From Candidatus Hydrogenedentota bacterium (GTDB taxonomy: Bacteria > Hydrogenedentota > Hydrogenedentia > Hydrogenedentales > SLHB01): a stretch of DNA of 64,000 nucleotides. This document shows, one piece after another, positions 48,896 to 58,683 of the stretch. Position 1 is the stretch's first letter; every line of letters starts with the position of its first letter. The stretch covers positions 128,001 through 192,000 of the forward strand of contig CAXXTH010000012.1 of the NCBI GenBank assembly GCA_963668025.2. The letters are read 5' to 3'. The notes under the pieces were generated by a model that saw only the letters and a list, made by a program, of their open reading frames with translations, searched no databases and was not told the origin of the DNA. A program made the translations under genes and the position numbers.

Positions 48896-50453
48896 GTGTA
48901 AGACGGGCGCCCCTCTCCTGCCAAACTTTGTCCATTTCCGTAAAATCCCATCCCTTTTCCTTCATATGGCTGGCTACCCAGCCCGCGAAATTGGCGTCTA
49001 GTATTCCAATATATTCTTCCAGCGTGATGCCGTCGTTCAGCCAGTCATCCATCATGCGCCGCCATTCTTTCTTATAGCGCCCATCCATGGAGTCCAGCCA
49101 TTTGATCGCACAGTATCGGCGTCCAAAAATATCTTCAAACGGCTTCAGCTCTTCCTGCATGCCTGCGCCATTGATATTCGGAATATACAACATCGCTTCC
49201 GAAGTGAGTTGTTCAATGTTTTTCGGTGCGGTGATGTACATCAAGTAGTCTATGCAATCCTCCAGATTCTCATTCAGCTTGGCGCTGTTGGTCACATGCA
49301 ATTGCACGGCCGCCCCGCCAATCACCGTCGCTGGCGTCCCACTGCCATATGGGCTGGTTTCCTTTGTGATTGTGGGGATATACCCAATGCCCCATCGGAA
49401 ATCGACATAAGGGTCCGTGCTTATCCGGCGGATGAACCACGAGCCTGTCCAATACATCGCGGCGCGTTTAGTGAGAAACAGGCGGGTCGGATCCGTATTC
49501 TTGATCTCCTTTGCCCAGTATTGCCGCCACTCATACAAAATCCGGTTCATTTCGCGCCAGCGGGGATCCCTGTGGGTAAAGAAGCCTTTGGTGATTAAAT
49601 ATCCCGCTTCATGAGGCTCCAGATAATGAGTGAGATACGCTTCGGAAGATTTGGCGGAGGGTATCAAATCCAGGTCAGGCAAGATATCGTGATAAAGCAT
49701 CTCAAAAATAATGTCTTGCCCCCAATCCGAAGCCAGCGTGCTTCCGATGGGACACTCGGTGGCGATTGGCGTGATGCCCTGCTCCTGCAACCGCTTGCAG
49801 AGCGCGATCATCTCCTCCCATGTTTTCGGAAACTCATACGCCCCCACTTGCTCAAACAACTCTTTGTTATAGAATACGCCCGTCTCTACGATGTCTATGG
49901 ATATGCAATAGAGCTTCCCATCGGGGGCGCGCTTCGCGTTGACCAGCGCTTGGTTTCGGAACAGATCAATCCAATGCTCATTCCCAGGAACATAAGGATT
50001 GGGCCGTTCGAGGTATTCATCTAGAGGGATATACCACCCCTTGCCCACGTCTGGCCAAGTGATCTCGGCGTTCGCATTGATAATCTCAGGCGCCACCCCG
50101 CCAAGGAGCTGCGTCTTCAGCCATTCCCCTTCGCTATTGCCCGAAGACACCATCTGTTGATATCGGATTTTCTTTCCTGCATGCAACGCTTCCCATGCAT
50201 CGGCTTCTTCCCGAGCGGCCTTCACCGGCTCGCCAATGCCTTGCGGAATCGTGCCTGGCGTGTACACATTGAGATCAACACGAATCGCATCATCAGAAGA
50301 CTCCTCAACCAGAGGCTCCTGGGAATCAAGCCCGCACCCAGCGAAGACGGAAATGACACATGCAAGCATTAGCGCCATCCGCCACATGCGGTTCTCAAAG
50401 ACTAGAACTGCTTTTTTCATCTGTTCCACCTGTTTTTCTAGCGCATCTTTCAT
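48879..50453 (-). CDS. ABC transporter solute-binding lipoprotein (family 1)
   Basis: Lipobox FAGC, GVFYNKELF and PKTWEE; paralogue of 3651-5255. Confidence 0.88.
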   Translation of the reverse strand: MKDALEKQVEQMKKAVLVFENRMWRMALMLACVISVFAGCGLDSQEPLVEESSDDAIRVDLNVYTPGTIPQGIGEPVKAAREEADAWEALHAGKKIRYQQMVSSGNSEGEWLKTQLLGGVAPEIINANAEITWPDVGKGWYIPLDEYLERPNPYVPGNEHWIDLFRNQALVNAKRAPDGKLYCISIDIVETGVFYNKELFEQVGAYEFPKTWEEMIALCKRLQEQGITPIATECPIGSTLASDWGQDIIFEMLYHDILPDLDLIPSAKSSEAYLTHYLEPHEAGYLITKGFFTHRDPRWREMNRILYEWRQYWAKEIKNTDPTRLFLTKRAAMYWTGSWFIRRISTDPYVDFRWGIGYIPTITKETSPYGSGTPATVIGGAAVQLHVTNSAKLNENLEDCIDYLMYITAPKNIEQLTSEAMLYIPNINGAGMQEELKPFEDIFGRRYCAIKWLDSMDGRYKKEWRRMMDDWLNDGITLEEYIGILDANFAGWVASHMKEKGWDFTEMDKVWQERGARLTHELDN

Positions 50454-50477
50454 ATATCACGTTTATAAAAGCCTATC

Positions 50478-51830
50478 TCATTCCATCCGCCGCAACGAAC
50501 TCCATATATCGAGTGTTTCCTGCGCCATAGCCGAAATGCGTACTTTCTGATGGTTCTGGAGATTCGTGTGCAAGGCGTCCGCCAAAATAGTTGTCCATTT
50601 TTTGGGAAGCCGTTCCGCCCCGTTCATCATGCCCACTATCGAGCCCACGGTGGCCCCATTGCAATCGGTGTCGAAACAAGGATAGACCGCGCGCGTGATA
50701 GCGGCCTCAAAATCTCCTCCGCTCCAGAGCAGCGCCATGGCCACGATTTGGGCATTCGAAATGGTATGGCACCAATCGTGGGCCAAAGACTCGTTCCATC
50801 GGGTATGGATGCGCCCACAACACGCTGCATATCCCAGCCCTTCCTCATGCCATTGAAGAACGGCGCGGATCCCCTCCGCCAAGCGGGATTTCACAGGGAT
50901 CTCTGAAAGCCCTATTTGGATAATCGTTCGAATATCCGTCTCGGCGGCGCTTGCGGCAAGCATCGCCGCCACCCACATTTCACCATATATTCCATTTCGG
51001 CGGTGCGAGATGGATGCATCCCGCCATGCAAATTCCGCGGCCATCTCGGGACGCCCCGCCGCCGCATAACCAAACGCATCCGCCCGAATCTGCGCCCCGA
51101 TCCATTCCCGGTAGGGATTGCGTGTCATGGCGGAATGAGGAGGAACAATTTGATTGGCGAAGTTGCGATACGCCACGCGCTCAGCCGTGCAGGTGCTTAG
51201 CAGCGGAAGCTCCCCTTGCCAGCAGTCGGCCACATGCTCGGGCGTAAAACCGCCTCCGTGAAGCTTCAGTATCTTTTGCCCGATGACCGTATAATTCATG
51301 TCATCGTCGGACGGCATTCCCGTTAGCCCTCGCCCGAAATCCAGCACCCCCTCCAAGCCATGTTTCGCAAATACCGCCGATGGAATATCCATCCTCCATA
51401 GATAATCCGCCAGCCCTTCCGCGCCCCCCTCCGACAACAACGGCCATACAACGGTTGATGGGATCCCTTCAATCGGCTTGCCCAACAAACACCCGGCGCA
51501 GCGTCCCAGCCATGCCCCCATGAACCGGTCAAGCAAAGCGGCTTCATCTAAATGAAATGATAATGCCCGTGGACCCTCGGGGCGCGCATTGCGTATTTCG
51601 TCCAACTCGGACGGCTCGTCATATGCATAACCAGCGGCGGGCGTCAATTCCTGGGCGTGATCGAGCAGGCGGTTGAATGCCGCCTGGCCCTCCCCGGCAT
51701 CCAAATACGCGGCATCGCGGAGCGCTTCAAACTCCTCCCGCAACGGCGAAATATCCATCCCCTCATCGGTGAGCTGCCGCCGTTCCGTTTCCACATCCTG
51801 GGGCGTCCACCAAAGCCAATTATGCTTCAC
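50478..51830 (-). CDS. ADP-ribosylglycohydrolase-family protein
   Basis: GAWLGRCAGCLLGKPIEG, SDDDMNYT, WIGAQIRAD and DTDCNGATVGS motifs. Confidence 0.9.
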   Translation of the reverse strand: MKHNWLWWTPQDVETERRQLTDEGMDISPLREEFEALRDAAYLDAGEGQAAFNRLLDHAQELTPAAGYAYDEPSELDEIRNARPEGPRALSFHLDEAALLDRFMGAWLGRCAGCLLGKPIEGIPSTVVWPLLSEGGAEGLADYLWRMDIPSAVFAKHGLEGVLDFGRGLTGMPSDDDMNYTVIGQKILKLHGGGFTPEHVADCWQGELPLLSTCTAERVAYRNFANQIVPPHSAMTRNPYREWIGAQIRADAFGYAAAGRPEMAAEFAWRDASISHRRNGIYGEMWVAAMLAASAAETDIRTIIQIGLSEIPVKSRLAEGIRAVLQWHEEGLGYAACCGRIHTRWNESLAHDWCHTISNAQIVAMALLWSGGDFEAAITRAVYPCFDTDCNGATVGSIVGMMNGAERLPKKWTTILADALHTNLQNHQKVRISAMAQETLDIWSSLRRME

Positions 51831-52235
51831 TACTCATGATCCCCTTCGCAGACGTAACACCACTCGAATGCCTATATTCTTAAAAAGACCTACTCCCTAT
51901 ATCATGTTTTGACATATTGGTTTGTGTGTACTGCTCGTACCAGCCGTTACATAAACGCAGCATTCCAACAAACCAGGGAAAATACACATTACCACCGTAT
52001 CGAATAATCAACAAAACACAGCATAGAACAAAAAAAGGAAATTAGCAAATAGGTAAAAATGCTGAAAAATAAGCTCAATTAGCATATTATCCGTCTGTTT
52101 TGAAAAATAACTCCCTGTACAATCGGCTATCCATCGTCTATAGTATAACTCTCATCCATCCAAACAAATTGAATGATACATCGTTATTTTTGCATTGTTA
52201 TCTTCACCTAGACGGTATCCCCGTAAAGCCGCCGC

Positions 52236-53333
52236 CTAATAGCGCCCATAACTCTCGGCCACCTGTTGCATGATGCGGATATTCTCTTCCGGGGTGTCGC
52301 GTGGTGTTTGGTCGCCTGTGGAGAGGATGAATCCTCCTCCTTCCGCGGCGGCGTCTATCGCCTTCTTGCACGCATCTTCCACTTCCGAAGGCGAGCCCAT
52401 CAACATGATCTTCGTCGTATGCAGATTGCCTTTCAAGGCGAGCCTTCCGCCAAATTTCTCTTTAATCTCCGCCAAATCACAATCCCCCATGGGAGATTCC
52501 TCCAAAGGCTCGATGCTGGACAAGTCTGATTCCATCGCGGCCATTTCCACCAGCGCCCTTTCCGGCCCACAACAATGGAGATGGGTAGGCACATCATGGG
52601 ACTTGGCAAGCCGCGTCAGCTTTTGTAGATGCTCTAGAACCAAATCCCTGAAAATAGGCGGTGGATTCGAGATCATCAATCCGCTGTTTCCAATCAACAA
52701 CACATCAGGACGCCACGACAAAATCTCCTCCGCCGTCTTCATCATGTCCTCACCGGCTTTTTGGATATTCTCCCGGACGGATTCTGGCTTTTCATAATAC
52801 GCATACGTATCCTCGGGCCAGAGTCCCAAACAGGGCAAACACACCATGGGCGCGACAACTCCCCGTTCTCCCACATATTGGCGGGCGTCTTCAAAATACT
52901 CCCGGCCTGTCTTGGAATAATTGGACTTCACCCATTCATACTTTTCGTGGGTTTCTGGCAAGCCAATCAGCTCCGCTTTCACAAACGCGCTCGGCTCGTT
53001 CCGTGCATAAACCATGGCGAAAGGCGACCATTGCTTTCGCCCATCTTCTTCCGAAAACGACCGCGTGATCATCTTTTCCTGGTCTTGAAAAACAATGGCG
53101 GTATTTATTTCCTCTTGCATCGGCACATACACCGGCACAAAGGCGTCCACCCCGAAATAAAAACTCGCGTCCGCGCGGGCCTTCCATACGGGCGGATCCT
53201 GGTAAACCAGCATTTCCCAAGAAGGCCGCCCGGACAGCCGGATGGGAATCATTTCATAAAGGTCCGGCGCGGCGGGCACATGATCCGGCTGTTTGTTTCG
53301 TATCGCGGCAATGAGCCGTTCTCTAGATGTCAT
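52236..53333 (-). CDS. Uroporphyrinogen decarboxylase / MtaA-CmuA superfamily protein
   Basis: MTSRERL...PDHVP, HLHCCG, LKGNL, GGGFILSTGD and TPEENI motifs. Confidence 0.85.
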   Translation of the reverse strand: MTSRERLIAAIRNKQPDHVPAAPDLYEMIPIRLSGRPSWEMLVYQDPPVWKARADASFYFGVDAFVPVYVPMQEEINTAIVFQDQEKMITRSFSEEDGRKQWSPFAMVYARNEPSAFVKAELIGLPETHEKYEWVKSNYSKTGREYFEDARQYVGERGVVAPMVCLPCLGLWPEDTYAYYEKPESVRENIQKAGEDMMKTAEEILSWRPDVLLIGNSGLMISNPPPIFRDLVLEHLQKLTRLAKSHDVPTHLHCCGPERALVEMAAMESDLSSIEPLEESPMGDCDLAEIKEKFGGRLALKGNLHTTKIMLMGSPSEVEDACKKAIDAAAEGGGFILSTGDQTPRDTPEENIRIMQQVAESYGRY

Positions 53334-53377
53334 GAATATGTTCCTTAAACTCTGGCGATATTTTCATCACCATTCCA

Positions 53378-54661
53378 TCATTTAACTGGTGCCTGCTTTT
53401 TGAGCACTTGCACGAGTTCGTCCTTCCATTGGCCGTTCACGCGCCGAATGCCCGCTTGCTGGTTGAATACTTGCTGGTCCTGATAGGCATAGATCCACCA
53501 GCCCGCAAAGCCATACTCTTCACATTTCTTCAATTGCCATTCCAGCATCTCCGGCCCCGAACGGCCATCGATAGGAATGATGGTGGGCTTCATTTCTTCC
53601 TCGTGGCCTTGGCCTTTTAGATCCGTCGAAATGATCCGCGATGCATTTTCCTTGCCCAGTATCTCGACAATCCTCCGGAGATAGTAAAACCCATCGGGAG
53701 CCGGATCGCAGTAGCAATAGGTAGTCATCACCCAGTAGTCAGGGGGAAGCTTAAGATCATCCACAAGCCATTGCTTCAGATTTTTGAACGCGCCAAGGCG
53801 CTCCTCGGGAGATTTCGCCATCCAATAGGGATCATTGGAGAAAATGGGATTCATAATCGGAGCGGCCTTCGGCCTTTTCCCCGCCGTTTTAAACGCGGGC
53901 CAGACATTCTTTATATATTTCTCCGTGTAAGCCAGCAGAGCCGGATTTAGCTCATTTCCCCACAGATCAGGCTCTGCCGTCCCCAGTTGGAAATGGCCCA
54001 TCAGGCACCACATGGCGATATTCTCGGGATGGCGCGCATGGGATTCCACATACTCGATGATCTCCGTACACCACGTGGCGGATTCATCCCAAGGCGTATC
54101 ATCGGCCACCGGCCAGGAAGGCTCTCCTGGATGCCCAATGTGTTTTTCCGTCTCTACCGAGTAGGGCACCCATCGGTTATCGGCCAGATCAAACTCCACG
54201 GAGATGCCCGCTTCATGGCAATCATCCAAGAAAACCGCCACATTATCCAGATACGCCATATCAGCCCATTCGCCAATCGGCTGGCCTGCCTGAGGAGCTT
54301 GTGGGGGATGCGCTAATGTGAACGGAATCGGAATGAAAAGGTCGATGTAATTAATCCCGGCTTCCTTGGCCAAATCCTGCAACGCGGTTCGGATCCCTGC
54401 GCGGTATTCCCCGTCATACGCACTGAAGACTGGCCACGGGTAGCTGTCCATCCCGGCATGTTGAACGTTTGGATTAAAGAAGACGCCTCGAAGCAACGGG
54501 GGGGATGGATTTTTCTGAGTATCTTGATTCCGTAAAATTAATGGGCTGGCCGCTTCCTCGACGCCAGTCCCTTGAGCAGCCATCGAATTGAGCTGCAAGC
54601 CTACTCCAAGTACAGCCGACACCACCAGGATTCTGCATACCGTTATAAAGCACATGGCCAC
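53378..54661 (-). CDS. Uncharacterised secreted TIM-barrel-like protein, paralogue 2 of 5
   Basis: Same motif set, with variant GHFQLGTAEP. Confidence 0.8.
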   Translation of the reverse strand: MAMCFITVCRILVVSAVLGVGLQLNSMAAQGTGVEEAASPLILRNQDTQKNPSPPLLRGVFFNPNVQHAGMDSYPWPVFSAYDGEYRAGIRTALQDLAKEAGINYIDLFIPIPFTLAHPPQAPQAGQPIGEWADMAYLDNVAVFLDDCHEAGISVEFDLADNRWVPYSVETEKHIGHPGEPSWPVADDTPWDESATWCTEIIEYVESHARHPENIAMWCLMGHFQLGTAEPDLWGNELNPALLAYTEKYIKNVWPAFKTAGKRPKAAPIMNPIFSNDPYWMAKSPEERLGAFKNLKQWLVDDLKLPPDYWVMTTYCYCDPAPDGFYYLRRIVEILGKENASRIISTDLKGQGHEEEMKPTIIPIDGRSGPEMLEWQLKKCEEYGFAGWWIYAYQDQQVFNQQAGIRRVNGQWKDELVQVLKKQAPVK

Positions 54662-54692
54662 ATTGCCTCCTTTTCGCAGTACGCTTGAACCG

Positions 54693-55994
54693 TCACTTGC
54701 TCGAAGACTCCGGCTTTATAACCTTGATTAAATCCGTTTTCCATTCTCCATTCAATGTCCGAATGCCTTTAACGGCCTTCGGCCTGTCTTGATACTCCCA
54801 TATCCACCAGCCCGCGAATCCATACTCCGCACATTTCTGGAGATGCCACGCCAGCATTTCCGCGCCGGTATGGCCTTCTGGAATAATAGAATCCTGTAGT
54901 TCGGTATCATGCCCAGGCCCTTTGAGATCGGTGGAAATCAAGCGCAAAGCGTTCTCTTTGCCCAGTATTTCGACGATTTCCCGAAAATAATAAAAGCCGT
55001 CCGGCGCGGGATCACAATATGGATAAGTGGTCATCACCCAATAATCAGGCGGCATGGCGAGATCATCCGCAATCCACTTCTTCAGATTACGGAAAGCGCT
55101 CAGGCGCGCTTCTGGCGGCTTAGGCATCCAGTACGAGCTGTTGGAAAAAATCGGCAGCATGATGGGCGCGGCCTTAGGCCGCTTGCCTGCCGCCTTGAAC
55201 AACGGCCAAACCCGCTTTACGAATTCTTCGGCGGATTTGTTGATGGCGGGATTGCCGTCGTCATCCCAAAGAACGGGTTCGGATGCGCCCAACTGGTAAT
55301 TCCCCATCATGCACCACATGGCGATAGCTTCCGGATGTTTCGCATGCGATTCGATATAGGTGATCATTGCGCAATACCAGGTGGCGGATTCATCCCATGG
55401 CGTTTCATCGGGCATGGGCCATTTTCCCGAATTCGCCAACTGGCGCTCCGTATCAACGGAATAGGGCGCCCACATATTAGTCGCCAGATCAAGCTCCACC
55501 GCGATATTCGCTTCATGGCAATCATCCACGAACGCCGCAATATTATTCAAGTAAGACACATCCGCCCACTCATCCAAAGCCTGGCCCGCTGTTGGCGGTT
55601 GCGCCAGAGTCTTCAACGAGAAGGGTATGGAAACGAAAATGTCCACGAGATTTATGCCCGCCACGCTGGCCAGTTCATGCAGCGCGGTACAAACCTGGCC
55701 GCGGTAGTCTGGGTAAGAACGCAGCCATACATCCCCGCCTAATGGCGCGGATAGCGGCAGCGCTTCCCATGATGCACCCTCATTGGCTTGGAATTGGGGA
55801 TTAAAATACACACCCCGAAGAGCGGCCGGGGGCATAGGAGATTGCGTTTCTGGCGCTCCCGCATTGCTGGGTTCGCGTGCGCTATCGCCCTTATCCGCAA
55901 CGGAAATCCCACAAAAAACGGCGCACCACATGCATAGCGACGCCACAAGCCGGGCAGATGCTGATGTTTGCATGGCTGATTCATCCTTCTTCAT
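54693..55994 (-). CDS. Uncharacterised secreted TIM-barrel-like protein, paralogue 3 of 5
   Basis: Same motif set; resembles paralogue 1 most (shared QLANSGKWPMPDETPWDESA). Confidence 0.8.
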   Translation of the reverse strand: MKKDESAMQTSASARLVASLCMWCAVFCGISVADKGDSAREPSNAGAPETQSPMPPAALRGVYFNPQFQANEGASWEALPLSAPLGGDVWLRSYPDYRGQVCTALHELASVAGINLVDIFVSIPFSLKTLAQPPTAGQALDEWADVSYLNNIAAFVDDCHEANIAVELDLATNMWAPYSVDTERQLANSGKWPMPDETPWDESATWYCAMITYIESHAKHPEAIAMWCMMGNYQLGASEPVLWDDDGNPAINKSAEEFVKRVWPLFKAAGKRPKAAPIMLPIFSNSSYWMPKPPEARLSAFRNLKKWIADDLAMPPDYWVMTTYPYCDPAPDGFYYFREIVEILGKENALRLISTDLKGPGHDTELQDSIIPEGHTGAEMLAWHLQKCAEYGFAGWWIWEYQDRPKAVKGIRTLNGEWKTDLIKVIKPESSSK

Positions 55995-56000
55995 TGCTAT

Positions 56001-57227
56001 TCACTTGCCACCTGACGCCTTCTCTGGCTTGATTGCCCGCACCAAATCCTGTTTCCATTCGCCATTCAGTGAACGAATCCCACTGGTTGCATGCGCCGTA
56101 TCCTGGTACGCCCATATCCACCACCCGGCAAAGCCATACTCCGCGCATTTTTGCAACTGCCATTCATACACTTCAGGGCCAAAGTGTTCCTTGGTGGGGA
56201 CAATGCAATCACTCATCTCATACTCATGCCCCGGCCCTTTAAGGTCCGTGGACAGAATGCGGGATGCATTCTCTTTCCCGATGATCTCGACAATCCTGCG
56301 CAGATAATAAACGCCATCGGGCGCGGGATCGCAGAACGGATAGGTGGTCATGGGCCAGTAATCCGGAGGCAGGGCCAGATCATCCACCAGCCACTTTTTT
56401 ACATTCACAAACGCGCTCAGGCGCGCTTCCGGCGGCTGCTTCATCCAATAAGCAGTCTTCGACAAAATCGGCAGCATATACGGCGCGGCTTTGGGCCGTT
56501 TCCCAGCAGCACGGAATGCGGGCCATACGTTCTTGACGAATTTCTCCGTGTGCGCTATAACCGGCGAGGTGCTGCTCTCGCCCCAAAGCACTGGCTCCGA
56601 GCCGCCCAGGGTATAGTTGCCGCTCATGCACCACATGGCGATATTCCCGGGATGCGCGGCGTGTGACTCCACATAATTGATGATCTGGCTATACCACTCG
56701 GCGGATTCATCCCACGGCGTATCATCCGCCACCGGCCACCATGGATCGTTTGGTTTTCCTATATGATGCTCGGAGTCAACGGTATACGGTATCCACCGGT
56801 TATCGGCCAGATCGAGTTCCACGGCGATGCCCGCCTCGCTGCAATCGTCAATGAACAGCGCCACATTATCGAGATAGGCGAGATTCCCCCATTGCTCAAT
56901 GGTCTGGCCCGCCTGGTTGCCTTGGCCAGGATTCAACAAGGTATGCGGAATGATGATGAACATCGCCACCAGGTTGATATCCGCCGTTTCATGCATCTCC
57001 TGGAGTATCGTGCGGATCTGCGGACGGTATTGCCGGTAGTAAAGCTCAGAAAACACCGGATTGGAACCGAGCTGCGGATTGAAGAATACTCCACGAAAAG
57101 ATGCTTGAGGTGAAGGCATATTCGATAGGCCTTCCCCATATGCAGGCATAAACGCCATCATCAAAACGCATGTCAAAATAGCAAGAGGCTTCATTCTTGA
57201 GCGGTTCAAAATCAGATGCAACGCCAT
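56001..57227 (-). CDS. Uncharacterised secreted TIM-barrel-like protein, paralogue 4 of 5
   Basis: Start moved to ATG 57227 (GAGGA upstream; alternative 57194) so that the signal peptide is N-terminal; same motifs. Confidence 0.8.
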   Translation of the reverse strand: MALHLILNRSRMKPLAILTCVLMMAFMPAYGEGLSNMPSPQASFRGVFFNPQLGSNPVFSELYYRQYRPQIRTILQEMHETADINLVAMFIIIPHTLLNPGQGNQAGQTIEQWGNLAYLDNVALFIDDCSEAGIAVELDLADNRWIPYTVDSEHHIGKPNDPWWPVADDTPWDESAEWYSQIINYVESHAAHPGNIAMWCMSGNYTLGGSEPVLWGESSTSPVIAHTEKFVKNVWPAFRAAGKRPKAAPYMLPILSKTAYWMKQPPEARLSAFVNVKKWLVDDLALPPDYWPMTTYPFCDPAPDGVYYLRRIVEIIGKENASRILSTDLKGPGHEYEMSDCIVPTKEHFGPEVYEWQLQKCAEYGFAGWWIWAYQDTAHATSGIRSLNGEWKQDLVRAIKPEKASGGK

Positions 57228-57268
57228 GTCTATCCTCACCCCGTGCAGCCAAGCCCGTTTTGAATGTG

Positions 57269-57295
57269 GTGGCATGGGCGGGATGGCCATGCCAC
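57269..57295. repeat. REP-like palindrome GTGGCATGG-9 nt-CCATGCCAC
   Basis: Perfect 9-bp arms, intergenic once the start of paralogue 4 is corrected. Confidence 0.7.
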
Positions 57296-57376
57296 GGAAA
57301 AGAAGAATCCAGTTGCTTTGCTGCATCCAATCGTGAACCGCTCCATATCGTTCCCGCATGAGGACATCTCCTGTCA

Positions 57377-58645
57377 TTACTTGCTGCCAGTGGCTTGTTT
57401 GACGGCGCGCACGAGCTCCTGCTTCCATTCCCCTTTAATATCGCATATGCCGCTTGTTGAAGCCTCGGTGTCTTGATACGCCCAGATCCACCATCCCGCG
57501 AAACCATACTCCGCACACTTTTGATAATGCCATTCATATGCTTCAGGGCCAAATGGCTTCTCGATGGGGATAATGCAATCGCCCATTTCAGATTCATGCC
57601 CGGGCCCTTTGAGGTCCGTGGAAACTATCCGGGAAGCATTCTCTTTCCCGAGTATTTCGACAATACGGCGCAAATAGTAGAACCCATCGGGCGCGGGGTC
57701 ACAATATGGATATGTCGACATGGGCCAATAGTCAGGCGGAAGGGCTAAATCATCCACCAGCATCTTCTTCAGATTAAGGAAGCCGCTGAGGCGCTCATCG
57801 GGCGTCTTGGCCATCCAATACGGATTCTTCGAGAAAATGGGAAAGACATACGGCGCTGCCTTGGGGCGTTTTCCTGCCTTTAAGAACGCGGGCCACACGT
57901 TCTTGACAAACTTTTCCGTGAACGCCTTGATGCCGGGATTGCTGTCGATATCCCAAAGGATCGATTCTGAACCGCCCAACGAGTAATTGCCGCCCATGCA
58001 CCACCAAGCGATGCTCTCGGGATGTTTCGTTTTTCCTTCCACATATTCGATGATCTGGGTGTACCAAGTAACAGACTCATCCCAAGGCGTATCGTCGGCT
58101 ATGGGCCAGCATGTGTCTTTTCCAGGCGGCTCATCGGGAACACCCACACGGTGATTGGCCGTATCCACGGAATACGGCACCCACATGTTGTTGGCCATAT
58201 CGATTGCTGCGGAAATCCCAAACTCATGGCAGTCATCGATAAATAGCGCTACATTGTCTAAATAATCCATATTGGCCCATTCCGCTAAAGGCTGGCCAGG
58301 CTTGGGCGCTTGCTTTGGAACGGCAAGCGAATAAGGGATCATCAAAAAAAAGTCGAGTAAGTTGAGATTCGCGTCACGAGACATTTTTTCCAGATCCGCC
58401 CGGACACGCTCCCGGCAAACCGTGTAATGCAGCAGCCACGGATATTCACTGGCCCCATTTATAACGGGATTATAAAAAACGCCGCGTAATCCAGAACCTA
58501 GCGCGGGCGTATTGGCAGAGCTTGCATCCAATGCGGCGCTTCCGGGGGAATCCGCATCCCCCGTGGCGGCGCACCCCGATGAGCTGGGCAGAACCGCCCA
58601 CAGGCATAATGCCACTACCATCGGCATGACAATCAATCGCAGCAT
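57377..58645 (-). CDS. Uncharacterised secreted TIM-barrel-like protein, paralogue 5 of 5 (possible lipoprotein)
   Basis: AAGGAG RBS before MLRLIV; SSGC; same motifs. Confidence 0.8.
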   Translation of the reverse strand: MLRLIVMPMVVALCLWAVLPSSSGCAATGDADSPGSAALDASSANTPALGSGLRGVFYNPVINGASEYPWLLHYTVCRERVRADLEKMSRDANLNLLDFFLMIPYSLAVPKQAPKPGQPLAEWANMDYLDNVALFIDDCHEFGISAAIDMANNMWVPYSVDTANHRVGVPDEPPGKDTCWPIADDTPWDESVTWYTQIIEYVEGKTKHPESIAWWCMGGNYSLGGSESILWDIDSNPGIKAFTEKFVKNVWPAFLKAGKRPKAAPYVFPIFSKNPYWMAKTPDERLSGFLNLKKMLVDDLALPPDYWPMSTYPYCDPAPDGFYYLRRIVEILGKENASRIVSTDLKGPGHESEMGDCIIPIEKPFGPEAYEWHYQKCAEYGFAGWWIWAYQDTEASTSGICDIKGEWKQELVRAVKQATGSK

Positions 58646-58683
58646 GGCTTCATCTCCTTCTTCCGCACGAGTTTCTCTTCCCA

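Noticed and set aside
20414-51830. ARH genes as DraG or antitoxin components
   Set aside because: No ADP-ribosyltransferase, nitrogenase or toxin gene is visible, and both sit in sugar operons.
57228-57428. N-terminal extension of ORF 56001..57428
   Set aside because: It overlaps the upstream gene, runs through a palindromic repeat and would bury the signal peptide.
53378-58645. Diversity-generating or phase-variable cassette array
   Set aside because: All paralogues are intact genes with differences spread along their length, and no reverse transcriptase, recombinase or template repeat is seen.
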